Assembly (NCBI GenBank): GCA_964626635.1
Contig: CAZVFY010000001.1
Span: 112,498 to 176,497 of the forward strand
Direction of reading: 5' to 3'
Origin: an uncultured Candidatus Saccharibacteria bacterium
Lineage (GTDB): Bacteria; Patescibacteriota; Minisyncoccia; Phycocordibacterales; UBA918
DNA length: 64,000 nucleotides
In this document: piece after piece, positions 55,566-64,000 of the stretch
Layout of the letters: every line of letters begins with the position of its first letter
How positions within the stretch are numbered: position 1 is the stretch's first letter
Notes under the pieces: model-generated
Databases searched by the model: none
What the model was told of the DNA's origin: nothing
What the model saw: the letters and a program-made list of their open reading frames with translations, nothing else
Program-made: the position numbers and the translations under genes

Positions 55566-57614
55566 ATGAACGAACAAAACAATCAATCTAATAACAATCG
55601 CTCGCGGCGCACGTTTTCGCCTCGTCGCGGATTTGGTAACCGTACCAATAACAACGACAATCGCTCGGGGGGCAGTGGCCAAAACCGCGGTGGTGGACCG
55701 CGTGGCGGCGGTGGCCAACACCGCCCCGGCGGCGTACAACGATCTAGTGGCGGTAACCGCGGTGGTGGACGCAATGTCCAAGATCGTGGTGGCAATGGTA
55801 AGGGCGGTAATCGTGGTGCCGGTGGCGGACAGCGTCGCGGTGGCAACAATCACCGCCGTCGCTCCGACAAAGCTCCTGCCCTCACGCACCGCCTCAGCGA
55901 AACCACCGACAAAATGCCAGTCATTCCTGAAATCACTGACGAAGACACTGTACGCATCATCACCGTATCAGGGGTCGAAGAAATCGGCCGCAACATGAAC
56001 ATCATCGAAACCAAAGACGATATCCTCGTGATCGACGCTGGGTTCCAGTTTGTATCAGAAGAAAGCAATGCGCCCGGTATTAACTACATTCTACCGAACA
56101 CGCAGTACCTCGAGGAACGCAAGCACAAAATTCGCGGACTCTTGGTGACGCACGGTCACCTCGACCACATCGGCGGTATTCCCTTCGTGCTCGAACGAAT
56201 TGGCAATCCACCAATTTACACGCAGTACCTGACTTCACTGATGATCCTCAAGCGCCAAGAGGAATTCCCGCAGATGGAACCAGTCAACATGAACGTCGTC
56301 AAAGAAGGCGAAACGTTCACTGTCGGCAACACCAAGGTCAAGTCATTCCCAGTGACCCACTCGATTCCAGATGCGATGGGTATTGGCATCGAAACCAAGC
56401 ACGGTGATATCGTCATCACGGGCGACATCAAGCTAGTCCACGAAAACGGTGAGGTCGTCGTCGAAGAACGGTCCAGCTGGGAAAAGGTGGGAAAGAACAA
56501 CAACCTGGCTCTCTTATGTGACTCGACCAACTCTGACCGCGCAGGTTTCTCGGCGACCGAAGCCCGTGTATACGAAACTCTCGAAAATATTATCCGTGCT
56601 GCCACTGGCCGCCTGATCATCGGGACATTTGCGTCGCAGTTTGATCGTTTGATCAACGTGATCAAAACGTGTGAAGAACTCGGCAAAAAGGTCGTCCTCG
56701 AAGGCCGCTCCATGAAAACCAACGTCGAGATCGCCCTGCACGCAGAACTGCTACAAGTCGACCCCGGCGTGTTTATTCCAGCTGGTGATATTGGTGAATA
56801 TCCAACCGACAAAATCGTCGTATTATCAACTGGTGCCCAGGGCGAAGAGTTCGCCGCCCTGATGCGCATGGCCACTGACAAGCACAAGTTTATTACTTTG
56901 ACAGAACGTGACACCATTGTGTTGTCATCATCTGTCATCCCAGGAAATGAAATTGCTGTCCAGAAATTAAAAGACAACATCTACCGCAAGAACGTCAAAG
57001 TCATTAACTACCAAGGCTCACACGTGCACTCTAGCGGGCACGGCAACGCTGGTGAGTTGATCTGGGTACAACAAACCGTTAAGCCCAAGTTCCTCGTCCC
57101 GGTGCACGGTCACCACTACCACCTCAAGAGCCACATGTACGCCTCAGTGGAGAATGGCTTCCCTCGTGAGAATATTGTAGTACCGGATAACGGTACCATC
57201 ATCGATATTCACAACGGCGAGACTATTAGCGTCCAGCCAATGAAAGTTCCCAATGAACTATTGATGGTCGACGGTTTTACAGTTGGCACTAAACAAGAAG
57301 TCGTCTTGCGCGATCGCCAAACGCTGGCCGAAGACGGCATGTTCGTGATTATTGCAACCGTCAACACCAAGACCGGTAAACTGCGCAAGTCGCCAGACAT
57401 CATCTCTCGTGGGTTTGTGTATCTGCGTGAGAATCAGCAATTACTCTCGGAAGCGCGCGTTCTCGTCAAGCGCACCATTGAAAAGCACACTGAACACATG
57501 CAGCCGCTCGACCTCGAATACGTTAAGGAGCAAGTATCAGACACACTATCTGGTTTCCTCATGCAGCGCACCCAAAAGACACCGATGGTGATCCCGGTAC
57601 TAATCGGCATCTAA
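55566..57614 (+). CDS. rnj: ribonuclease J (metallo-beta-lactamase/beta-CASP) with ~110-aa N-terminal Arg/Gly/Asn-rich low-complexity extension
   Basis: LLVTHGHLDHIGG (HxHxDH), beta-CASP motifs and a C-terminal domain. The N-terminus is RGGGPRGGGGQHRPGGVQRSSGGNRGGGRN...GGQRRGGNNHRRR. Confidence 0.9.
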   Translation: MNEQNNQSNNNRSRRTFSPRRGFGNRTNNNDNRSGGSGQNRGGGPRGGGGQHRPGGVQRSSGGNRGGGRNVQDRGGNGKGGNRGAGGGQRRGGNNHRRRSDKAPALTHRLSETTDKMPVIPEITDEDTVRIITVSGVEEIGRNMNIIETKDDILVIDAGFQFVSEESNAPGINYILPNTQYLEERKHKIRGLLVTHGHLDHIGGIPFVLERIGNPPIYTQYLTSLMILKRQEEFPQMEPVNMNVVKEGETFTVGNTKVKSFPVTHSIPDAMGIGIETKHGDIVITGDIKLVHENGEVVVEERSSWEKVGKNNNLALLCDSTNSDRAGFSATEARVYETLENIIRAATGRLIIGTFASQFDRLINVIKTCEELGKKVVLEGRSMKTNVEIALHAELLQVDPGVFIPAGDIGEYPTDKIVVLSTGAQGEEFAALMRMATDKHKFITLTERDTIVLSSSVIPGNEIAVQKLKDNIYRKNVKVINYQGSHVHSSGHGNAGELIWVQQTVKPKFLVPVHGHHYHLKSHMYASVENGFPRENIVVPDNGTIIDIHNGETISVQPMKVPNELLMVDGFTVGTKQEVVLRDRQTLAEDGMFVIIATVNTKTGKLRKSPDIISRGFVYLRENQQLLSEARVLVKRTIEKHTEHMQPLDLEYVKEQVSDTLSGFLMQRTQKTPMVIPVLIGI

Positions 57615-57643
57615 ACAAAACTACTACGTAGTACACAAGTACA

Positions 57644-57676
57644 CCCCTCAGCACAGTTGTGCCGCGGGGTTTCTTG
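57644..57676 (+). terminator. Rho-independent terminator candidate after rnj
   Basis: CCCCTCAGCAC agtt GTGCCGCGGGG (9 of 11 pairs) followed by TTTCTTG. Confidence 0.5.
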
Positions 57677-57691
57677 TATACTAGTCTCAGT

Positions 57692-58897
57692 ATGCCGATC
57701 CCGACACACGTTTCGCCTGTTCATTTCTTGCGTACCACTCCACGTAAACGACAGTTATGGCCAACTTATGCCATGACGCTGCTGCTGATTTTCCACGGTC
57801 TTACAGTCCTGTTCTACAACTCTACCTACCTTGGACAGTTCTTTAGCACTGAACACATTGGGCTGATTTTTATGTCTGGTTCGTTACTGGGAGTTATGTG
57901 CTTCCTAGGAATCGCAAAACTCCTGCGAATATTTGGCAATTTTTACCTGACAATACTTTTATTAGCAGCAGATTTCGTGGCTATAATCACCATGGCAGTT
58001 ACGACCAACGCTGTGATTGCAGTGACCTCTCTACTAGTACACTTGTTGACAGTACCGCTCATTATATTTTCGCTCGATGTATTTTTAGAAGCTCGAATTG
58101 GTAATGATGAATCCAGCACAGGTTCCAGCCGCGGCCTTCTGCTCACGCTCAGTAGTCTGGTGGCTGCGCTGTCACCGCTAATAGCTGGACTAGTGATCAG
58201 CGAAGACAATCTTTCAATGGCATATATATTGAGCGCGTGTAGCATTGTGCCAATAATCATCCTACTATTTATACATGAGCGCCAATTCAAAGATCCAAAG
58301 TACCCATCTGTACCGGTCTGGGGTGCGGTACGTCTATTTTTGCATAATCATAACTTGCGCGGTGTGAGTGTGGCACATTTAGTGCTACAAACCTTTTTTT
58401 CAGTAATGGTTATTTATATGCCAATTTATCTAACCCAAGAGATCGGCTTAACTCTGCGCGAATTTGGTGTCATTATGTTTATCGCAATTATGGCCTTTGT
58501 TTTACTCGAGTACCCCGTAGGCAAATTAGCTGATAGTACAATTGGAGAAAAAGAACTGATGGCAGTGGGGTTTACAATTATGATTCTGGCTCTGGGTTGG
58601 ATATCATTTACCACCACTACGCACGTTGCGGCATGGGCTGGAATATTATTCTTTTCGCGCATTGGGGCGGCCTTGGCCGAGGTAACCACTGAGAGTTACT
58701 TTTTTAAACAAACCAAATCAGTAGACGCGCAAATTATTAGCTTTTTTCGACTGACCAGACCGCTCGCGGGTTTCTTAGGCGCAGCATTCGGTAGTCTTGC
58801 ATTACTTTTCATACCTTTAAATCTAGTATTTGTAGCGTTTGCAGTGCTTGTGCTACCGGCTCTGATTGCTACTATGACCATCACTGACTCGCGATAG
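57692..58897 (+). CDS. multi-pass membrane transporter, MFS-like
   Basis: About 12 hydrophobic helices and a G(K)LAD..IGEK loop resembling MFS motif A in the second half. AT-rich relative to its neighbours. The six-frame start (GTG 57659) lies inside the rnj terminator, so ATG 57692 is used; ATG 57773 is also possible. Confidence 0.5.
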   Translation: MPIPTHVSPVHFLRTTPRKRQLWPTYAMTLLLIFHGLTVLFYNSTYLGQFFSTEHIGLIFMSGSLLGVMCFLGIAKLLRIFGNFYLTILLLAADFVAIITMAVTTNAVIAVTSLLVHLLTVPLIIFSLDVFLEARIGNDESSTGSSRGLLLTLSSLVAALSPLIAGLVISEDNLSMAYILSACSIVPIIILLFIHERQFKDPKYPSVPVWGAVRLFLHNHNLRGVSVAHLVLQTFFSVMVIYMPIYLTQEIGLTLREFGVIMFIAIMAFVLLEYPVGKLADSTIGEKELMAVGFTIMILALGWISFTTTTHVAAWAGILFFSRIGAALAEVTTESYFFKQTKSVDAQIISFFRLTRPLAGFLGAAFGSLALLFIPLNLVFVAFAVLVLPALIATMTITDSR

Positions 58898-58907
58898 TAC
58901 ATAATTG

Positions 58908-59762
58908 TCAGGTACCCAACCGGTACGCACGACCGTTGCGCGTAATCAATCCTTCGGCTTCTAATGTAACTAGAACAGCCCCGACTCGCTCGTCGTGAAT
59001 GGATTGCTGTAATGCATTCGCCGTCTGCGGCCCCGCCGAGAGATGGCGCAATACTGCTCCTCGGACAGCCCTCCGAGAGCCTAAAAAGATTGGTTGACTG
59101 CGATACTGCGATAGTACGCGGGTGTTATTACCATGCACAGTTTTGAGGTGCGCACCATAGTCCATTAAGGCCGCGTACCAGTCACGTGGATTTGTTGTAT
59201 CAACAGTGTCCGAAACGAGTGCGACAAGATCTGATTCCTTTACTTCTGTGCAGCCCGAAAAATAATGGTGAATGTAGACCTGGCGCACATTAGTTTCGAT
59301 CAGTGTGACAGGCTGGTTGTAAGCAAAGACTTGAATGGCACTGGCGGTATAGGTTCCAACACCCGGTAGTTTCAGTAGATCAGATCGCTCGCGAGGCAAC
59401 ACTCCACCTGGCTGCCCAACCACTGTCTGAGCACACTGCCATAAAAACTTCGCCCGGCGATTGTACCCCAAACCTTGCCAATGTCGTAACACGTCTGATA
59501 AATCTGCTGTGGCTAAGGCTGATAGCGTCGGGAACGTTGCCAAGAAAGCAGTAAATTTTGGAATTACTCGCGCCACTTGGGTTTGCTGGAGCATAAGTTC
59601 TGACACTAATACCTGGTATGGCTCAAAGGTTTCTCGCCATGGCAAATCGTGCCGACCGTGTGCAGCGTAATAGTCCCACACTGTTTTCTTTAAAGCGGTG
59701 TGGCGGTCCGATTTAGCTAGTTTTTTGACCATAGGTGGCGCACAATTGCACCAGCCAACCAC
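58908..59762 (-). CDS. HhH-GPD base-excision DNA glycosylase, MutY-like, lacking the [4Fe-4S] cysteine cluster
   Basis: VSELMLQQTQVARVIPKF...LGYNRRAKFL...LPGVGTYTASAI is close to the MutY core (SEVMLQQTQV, LPGVGRSTAGAI). It has no Cx6Cx2Cx5C cluster. LIETNV sits where MutY has LDGNV. The C-terminal ~90 aa is not NUDIX-like. A probable alternative start is 59732 (MVKKLAK). Confidence 0.7.
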   Translation of the reverse strand: MVGWCNCAPPMVKKLAKSDRHTALKKTVWDYYAAHGRHDLPWRETFEPYQVLVSELMLQQTQVARVIPKFTAFLATFPTLSALATADLSDVLRHWQGLGYNRRAKFLWQCAQTVVGQPGGVLPRERSDLLKLPGVGTYTASAIQVFAYNQPVTLIETNVRQVYIHHYFSGCTEVKESDLVALVSDTVDTTNPRDWYAALMDYGAHLKTVHGNNTRVLSQYRSQPIFLGSRRAVRGAVLRHLSAGPQTANALQQSIHDERVGAVLVTLEAEGLITRNGRAYRLGT

Positions 59763-60814
59763 ATCACACTAAGGCCATACACGAACGCCAATACTTGAGG
59801 AACAAACCCCAAGATGCCAATCACTAACCCACCGAACAGCACTGACATCAATCCGATATCGCTTCGTTTTGCAAACCAGCGTTGCAACGTATGGCCAAGT
59901 AGAATTGGCACACACGCTCCCGCTACCAAAAACAGCAGTAAGTACAACAGCAAAAGAATGGTGGCTACATATAACCCTACCGTGGTAAGCGAAAGTACGC
60001 CAATTAGTATTGGTAGTAGTATTAAAAGGGTCAACCCAACCAGGCCAGATATGATTGCCCGGTATGGCGCGCCTTTAATCAGATCGGTCACTGACGCGCG
60101 GGCGATGAATAGCAGTGTACACGATGCAAACAATAAGGTTGCTAGCGCGACGTATTGAAAACTGAGCAGTGGATTGCTATCAGCCTGGACCGGATCGTTA
60201 CGCAGCAACTCACCTTGTAGCACTGCCGATGGGGCTACCGCTGCTACGTTACTACTAATATAACGAATTGATTCGGTCACAGATGCAGTAGCACCGATAT
60301 TAAAAGCATTCACTCGTACGTCTACCCGCTCTCGCACTACACTATCGAGCGACAAATCACCATAGGTACCCAGCACACTACCAGCAATATCTCCTGCAAC
60401 AGTCGCTCGGTTAACGTAAAGAATTACGTCTCCACCAATCACTGCAGTTGAAAGAATGGATACTTCGTTCGCGAGGACGAGAACGTCGCCATTGATCGTA
60501 CCTGATAACTCGACACTACCACCAACAATACGCACATCACCTGCGACCTCGCCAGTGCTAGTTACAAACAATCCGGCCGCAGTCAGGTCATCTGTAATGA
60601 CGCCATTGTGAGATACTCGATTACCTACTAATGTACCGTCACCATTAACCACGCCGGAGAGAACGACTGGCGTACCAATTGCTACCAAATTACCGTCAAC
60701 TGCTTCCTGACCGCTTAATTCGAAATTTTGCGCGGTCCGGATGACCGTATCTGCAGATACCCACGCTGGGGCGAGAAACGTTATACAACACAGAATTAGG
60801 TACAAATACTTCAT
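59717..60814 (-). CDS. membrane protein with secreted beta-helix-like (bactofilin/DUF583-like) repeat domain and C-terminal multi-TM region
   Basis: Signal peptide MKYLYLILCCITFLAPAWVSA. Repeated ...G(D/N)(V/L)...VxGDV... units (VAGDVRIVGGSVELSGTINGDVLVLANEV...IGGDVILYV...VAGDIAGSV) are followed by 4-5 TM helices. Confidence 0.35.
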   Translation of the reverse strand: MKYLYLILCCITFLAPAWVSADTVIRTAQNFELSGQEAVDGNLVAIGTPVVLSGVVNGDGTLVGNRVSHNGVITDDLTAAGLFVTSTGEVAGDVRIVGGSVELSGTINGDVLVLANEVSILSTAVIGGDVILYVNRATVAGDIAGSVLGTYGDLSLDSVVRERVDVRVNAFNIGATASVTESIRYISSNVAAVAPSAVLQGELLRNDPVQADSNPLLSFQYVALATLLFASCTLLFIARASVTDLIKGAPYRAIISGLVGLTLLILLPILIGVLSLTTVGLYVATILLLLYLLLFLVAGACVPILLGHTLQRWFAKRSDIGLMSVLFGGLVIGILGFVPQVLAFVYGLSVMWLAGAIVRHLWSKN

Positions 60815-61602
60815 GTTTGTATATCTTCTCTTATTACAGTTCGCTTGACAGCTATTCTCTCCTCCACTTCCTGAATAATCTTACTTTCCTCTATTCGCTT
60901 TAGTTCCTCCTTCTTTATAGTAGAAGTGGCAATATTTTCTTTCTCACCCAAATTCATAACGAGAAACAAAAAGGTTGCAATACCGATAATGCCAATTAGG
61001 TTGAGTATCAGGATTAGGAACGCGCCACGCGCGACTTCAATGTCGAGGGCAGCCATCCCAATGCCAATGGTTGCAAGCGGCGGAATTAAAGCTACTGCGA
61101 TCGCTACGCCAGGCAGTGCCTCGCTCCACTCTGGTCGAGCAAGCATGTACGCCACCGCCGCTCCAGCTACAATGGCAACAAACAGATGGAGTAGGTGCGG
61201 CTCGGTGCGTAGGAGGACCTGCTCGGTCAAATACGAATTGCCGCTGCCAAACAAAAGCGCTGCTACGGTCGCCAACACGACACCGCTAGACAGTGATATA
61301 AAAAGTGTACGCACAGCCCGCTGGAGAATAGATATTCTCTCGCCCATCATCACAAGTCCCAAAGCCACACCTAAAACCGGATACATGAGTGGCGCAATAA
61401 GCATGCTACCAATCACAATAGAACTACTGTCCAATAACAGTCCGAATGTTGCCATTAGGGTAGACAAGCCGATCAGATAAAAATAATCAAAATCAGCTGT
61501 ACTGCTTGACACTAATTTGCGAACCAAAGCAGCCTTATCTTGTTCGGGAACAGCCCGAAAACGGGCAATAATACTCATGGAGCAAATATACCATACTGTC
61601 AC
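60811..61602 (-). CDS. DUF389/TIGR00341-like multi-pass membrane protein
   Basis: Hydrophobic helices with the LIAPLMYPVLGVALGL...IALIPPLATIGIGMA pattern recalled from the DUF389 family. The C-terminal tail is charged and helical. Confidence 0.5.
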   Translation of the reverse strand: MTVWYICSMSIIARFRAVPEQDKAALVRKLVSSSTADFDYFYLIGLSTLMATFGLLLDSSSIVIGSMLIAPLMYPVLGVALGLVMMGERISILQRAVRTLFISLSSGVVLATVAALLFGSGNSYLTEQVLLRTEPHLLHLFVAIVAGAAVAYMLARPEWSEALPGVAIAVALIPPLATIGIGMAALDIEVARGAFLILILNLIGIIGIATFLFLVMNLGEKENIATSTIKKEELKRIEESKIIQEVEERIAVKRTVIREDIQT

Positions 61603-61804
61603 TAGATTATTAGCCGGTTATCAGTGGACTAACTGCACTGACACGGGAGCCTGCAATACCCCGATCAACAATAATGCTACCAATACCAAAATGACGCAGA
61701 TGATGAACAAACGCAACCTTGAACGGGATAGTTCTCGCTGACCGGTATGCCAGTTGCGCTCGTATAAGAAATGAAACGCAAACTGTAAGAAATTACGCAT
61801 TACT

Positions 61805-63043
61805 TTATTGTACTGACTGGGGTGCTCGATCTAGGGTGACATCCACAGTTTCTTCAGTGCCATCAATTAGCAAAGTCAAGGACACTGTGTCTCCTGGTTG
61901 ATATTCACGCAACACCGCAGCAAGCGTACGCCCCTCTAATTTGGTATCGTCAATAGACAAAATTATGTCTCCTGCTTGCAGACCGATAGAATCAGCCGGT
62001 GAACCGGGCATGACTGCCCGCAGTCCAGTGGCGGCATCGCCCACAATCAGGGCGCCATACTCGACCGTCAGATTATCCCGCTCGGCAATTTGTGACGTAA
62101 TATTGGCGTATCGTACACCGATGTACGGTCGCACAATCTCGCCAAACTCTTCAACTGACTGTACGACCGTCTCGACTACGTGCGCTGGCAGCGCAAAGCT
62201 AATGTTATCAGCGCCTCTTGAGGTGGCAACATTAACCCCAATAACTTCCCCACGCAAATTTACGAGCGGACCTCCTGAATTACCCGGGTTGATAGCTGCG
62301 TCTGTTTGAATCACAGAATCTAGCGTTTCACTTCGACCCATACCATCACTAGCAACGATCGATCGCCCCAACCCAGAGACAACCCCAACCGATACTGAGT
62401 TTCGAAATTCTGCTAGGGCATTACCGATAGCGACCACTGATTCACCTAATTGAAGGTTTTCGGAGTCTCCAAACTGTAAAAACGGTAAATCAGTTACAGA
62501 TTGATCTGCTACTTGCAGTAAGGCAATATCTAATTGTGGATCACGAGCCACCACCTCGGCTTCATAGATATTGCCGTCAGTGAGTACGACTGAGTAGTCT
62601 GCTTCTCGATCATCTACTACGTGACGATTCGTCACAATTAATCCATCACTTGAAACCAGAAACCCGGACCCTCCACCCACTTCACGTTGTTCAGTTCCAT
62701 TGCTGCGCACCCGTGGTACTGACCACCCGAACCAACTATCTTCGTAAAACCGCTCAAACACCGGCACGTCTCTAGTCACGATCACTGACACTACCGCTGG
62801 GTTCACCGCGGCAATGGTGTCAACTACGGACCCATTCGCAATAAAAGGAGCTGTTGTGCCAGTGCTCATGATCGGATTGTCACTGGGTCCTGAGGTGGCA
62901 TTTGGAGTAACGTCAAGCTGCTGTGCGAGCGATGTGACGAGTTGATCTTTCGCGAGTAGAGCTACCACCCCAATGATAGCAAGCGTGGTGGTGACACTAA
63001 TCACAATAGTAACGAATGTATTATTCTGGTTTGAATGTTGCAT
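61805..63043 (-). CDS. htrA: HtrA/DegP-family serine protease with PDZ domain
   Basis: N-terminal TM, catalytic His (TNRHVV), Asp, and Ser in GNSGGPLVN. A C-terminal PDZ domain (GSPADSIGLQAGDIILSID). Confidence 0.85.
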   Translation of the reverse strand: MQHSNQNNTFVTIVISVTTTLAIIGVVALLAKDQLVTSLAQQLDVTPNATSGPSDNPIMSTGTTAPFIANGSVVDTIAAVNPAVVSVIVTRDVPVFERFYEDSWFGWSVPRVRSNGTEQREVGGGSGFLVSSDGLIVTNRHVVDDREADYSVVLTDGNIYEAEVVARDPQLDIALLQVADQSVTDLPFLQFGDSENLQLGESVVAIGNALAEFRNSVSVGVVSGLGRSIVASDGMGRSETLDSVIQTDAAINPGNSGGPLVNLRGEVIGVNVATSRGADNISFALPAHVVETVVQSVEEFGEIVRPYIGVRYANITSQIAERDNLTVEYGALIVGDAATGLRAVMPGSPADSIGLQAGDIILSIDDTKLEGRTLAAVLREYQPGDTVSLTLLIDGTEETVDVTLDRAPQSVQ

Positions 63044-63074
63044 AAGCTGTGGTTTCTAATACGCCGCTAATTTA

Positions 63075-63932
63075 TTAGTCTTTCGCTGCCTTATCAAATT
63101 GGTAGTAATTACTTTCGGGAAACAATTGTAAGCCTCGCTCCCACATTTCGGGGCGATCTTGTAATTTTAACCAATACCACCATTCGGCTCCCCACAGGTA
63201 TTGCTGTTCATATCGGGTTGAAGCGGCGTAGGTCAAGATATCTTCAAATTTCTGCAAATTCATCCGGGTAAATTGCACTGGTATGGGTACGTCGACAATC
63301 GGCTCGAGCAGCCACGGCTCGGCCGAGAGTTCTATAAGGACTGTTTCCTTCTGGCCATAGCGCCACTCCATCAACGTTTCCTTGGCGCGGTAGAACCACG
63401 GTGGTAGCCATGTGCGAAACTGTCCTAGCTCAGGATTCCAAAAGTGAACGTACACGCTGGTCCCGAACACATCCCCGCGCGAATACGCGCCAGCCCACAG
63501 ACCAAGATTACCTGAATCAGTGATGATGATCGGTCTATTGGGATCCATTTCGCGCACCAATTCGATTGACTGGTCGAGAAAGGCTTTGTCTAGTTCACCG
63601 CAGTGTTCGAACGCAAATGCCGCCAAAAATGGCTCGTTCTCAACCTGCCACCACATCACGGCCGGGCTGTCGCGATAGCGTTCGACGACGGCTTGCATGT
63701 ATTCTAGCTGCGCTGCATTACGCTCCGCCAGCGTAAACTCCTGATCCTGCAACCAGTTCGGGTCATGGCACTCTGGCCAGCGTGGCAAACGGCGCCCGAC
63801 AGCTAGTACAACCGTTGCCCCCACCTCCTCCGCTCTCGTTATTTGGTAATCTAGCTCGGCCCAGTTATATGCGTCTAGCTGTGGCTCGATCATTGGCCAG
63901 TGGGCCGTCAGGCGCAAGTGACGCACCCCCAT
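63075..63932 (-). CDS. glycoside hydrolase, GH-A clan TIM-barrel (GH5/GH42-like); N-terminus may extend past window end
   Basis: WPMIEPQLDAYNWAELD...VVLAVG...WWQVENEPF (NEP acid/base motif). The ATG is at 63930-32 and the frame may continue toward 64000. Confidence 0.45.
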   Translation of the reverse strand: MGVRHLRLTAHWPMIEPQLDAYNWAELDYQITRAEEVGATVVLAVGRRLPRWPECHDPNWLQDQEFTLAERNAAQLEYMQAVVERYRDSPAVMWWQVENEPFLAAFAFEHCGELDKAFLDQSIELVREMDPNRPIIITDSGNLGLWAGAYSRGDVFGTSVYVHFWNPELGQFRTWLPPWFYRAKETLMEWRYGQKETVLIELSAEPWLLEPIVDVPIPVQFTRMNLQKFEDILTYAASTRYEQQYLWGAEWWYWLKLQDRPEMWERGLQLFPESNYYQFDKAAKD

Positions 63933-64000
63933 GTCGTCGAGAATGGCATCATATGCTTCCTGCCAATTTAGTCCCAGTTCACGGGCATACGGCGTATTGA

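Noticed and set aside
55583-55998. Pro-rich minus-strand and Ala/Val-rich plus-strand ORFs over the start of rnj
   Set aside because: They are mirrors of the RGG-rich N-terminus of RNase J. rnj is the supported frame.

Overview
This 64-kb window is almost entirely coding and reads like a small-genome bacterium with a monoderm (Gram-positive-type) envelope. The evidence for that envelope is a sortase, WxL/csc-like surface genes and MacB/FtsX-type ABC components with no outer-membrane partner. A Patescibacteria/CPR-like or Firmicute-like origin is plausible but cannot be assigned from sequence alone. Positions 173..41934 are a ~42-kb run of co-oriented minus-strand genes dominated by cell-surface functions. 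In order, they are: (1) an FtsX/MacB-type ABC exporter with an FN3 secreted protein; (2) one uninterrupted 22.3-kb ORF (4288..26610) encoding a 7,440-aa modular surface protein, built from DUF2341-like/LamG-like modules, FN3 domains, beta-helix-like modules and an acidic T/A/S/D-rich stalk; (3) a cohesin-like membrane protein, an Hsp20 and a dockerin-bearing secreted protein, followed by a csc/WxL-like surface-complex gene set; (4) a umuD-umuC (Pol V) pair; (5) a CAP-domain protein, a sortase and a 973-aa putative sortase substrate; (6) an ECF sigma factor with a candidate anti-sigma partner. The second half is mostly housekeeping: RsuA-family pseudouridine synthase, TypA/BipA, tRNA-Ser(GGA), HtpX, LemA, GroES/GroEL, SecG, an oligopeptide-type ABC binding protein, RNase J, an MFS-like transporter, a MutY-like glycosylase, HtrA and a GH-A clan glycoside hydrolase. 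Interspersed are compositionally distinct genes, notably an archaemetzincin-like Zn-protease directly after the tRNA and a GC-rich secreted-protein gene behind a consensus sigma70 promoter. No rRNA, CRISPR array, transposase or integrase was seen. The most unusual items are the giant adhesin-like gene with a long perfect palindrome over its putative promoter, the cohesin/dockerin pair joined to a csc/WxL-like locus, and a cluster-less MutY-like glycosylase with Glu at the catalytic Asp position. Coordinates counted by hand from the sequence lines may be off by +/-1 nt.
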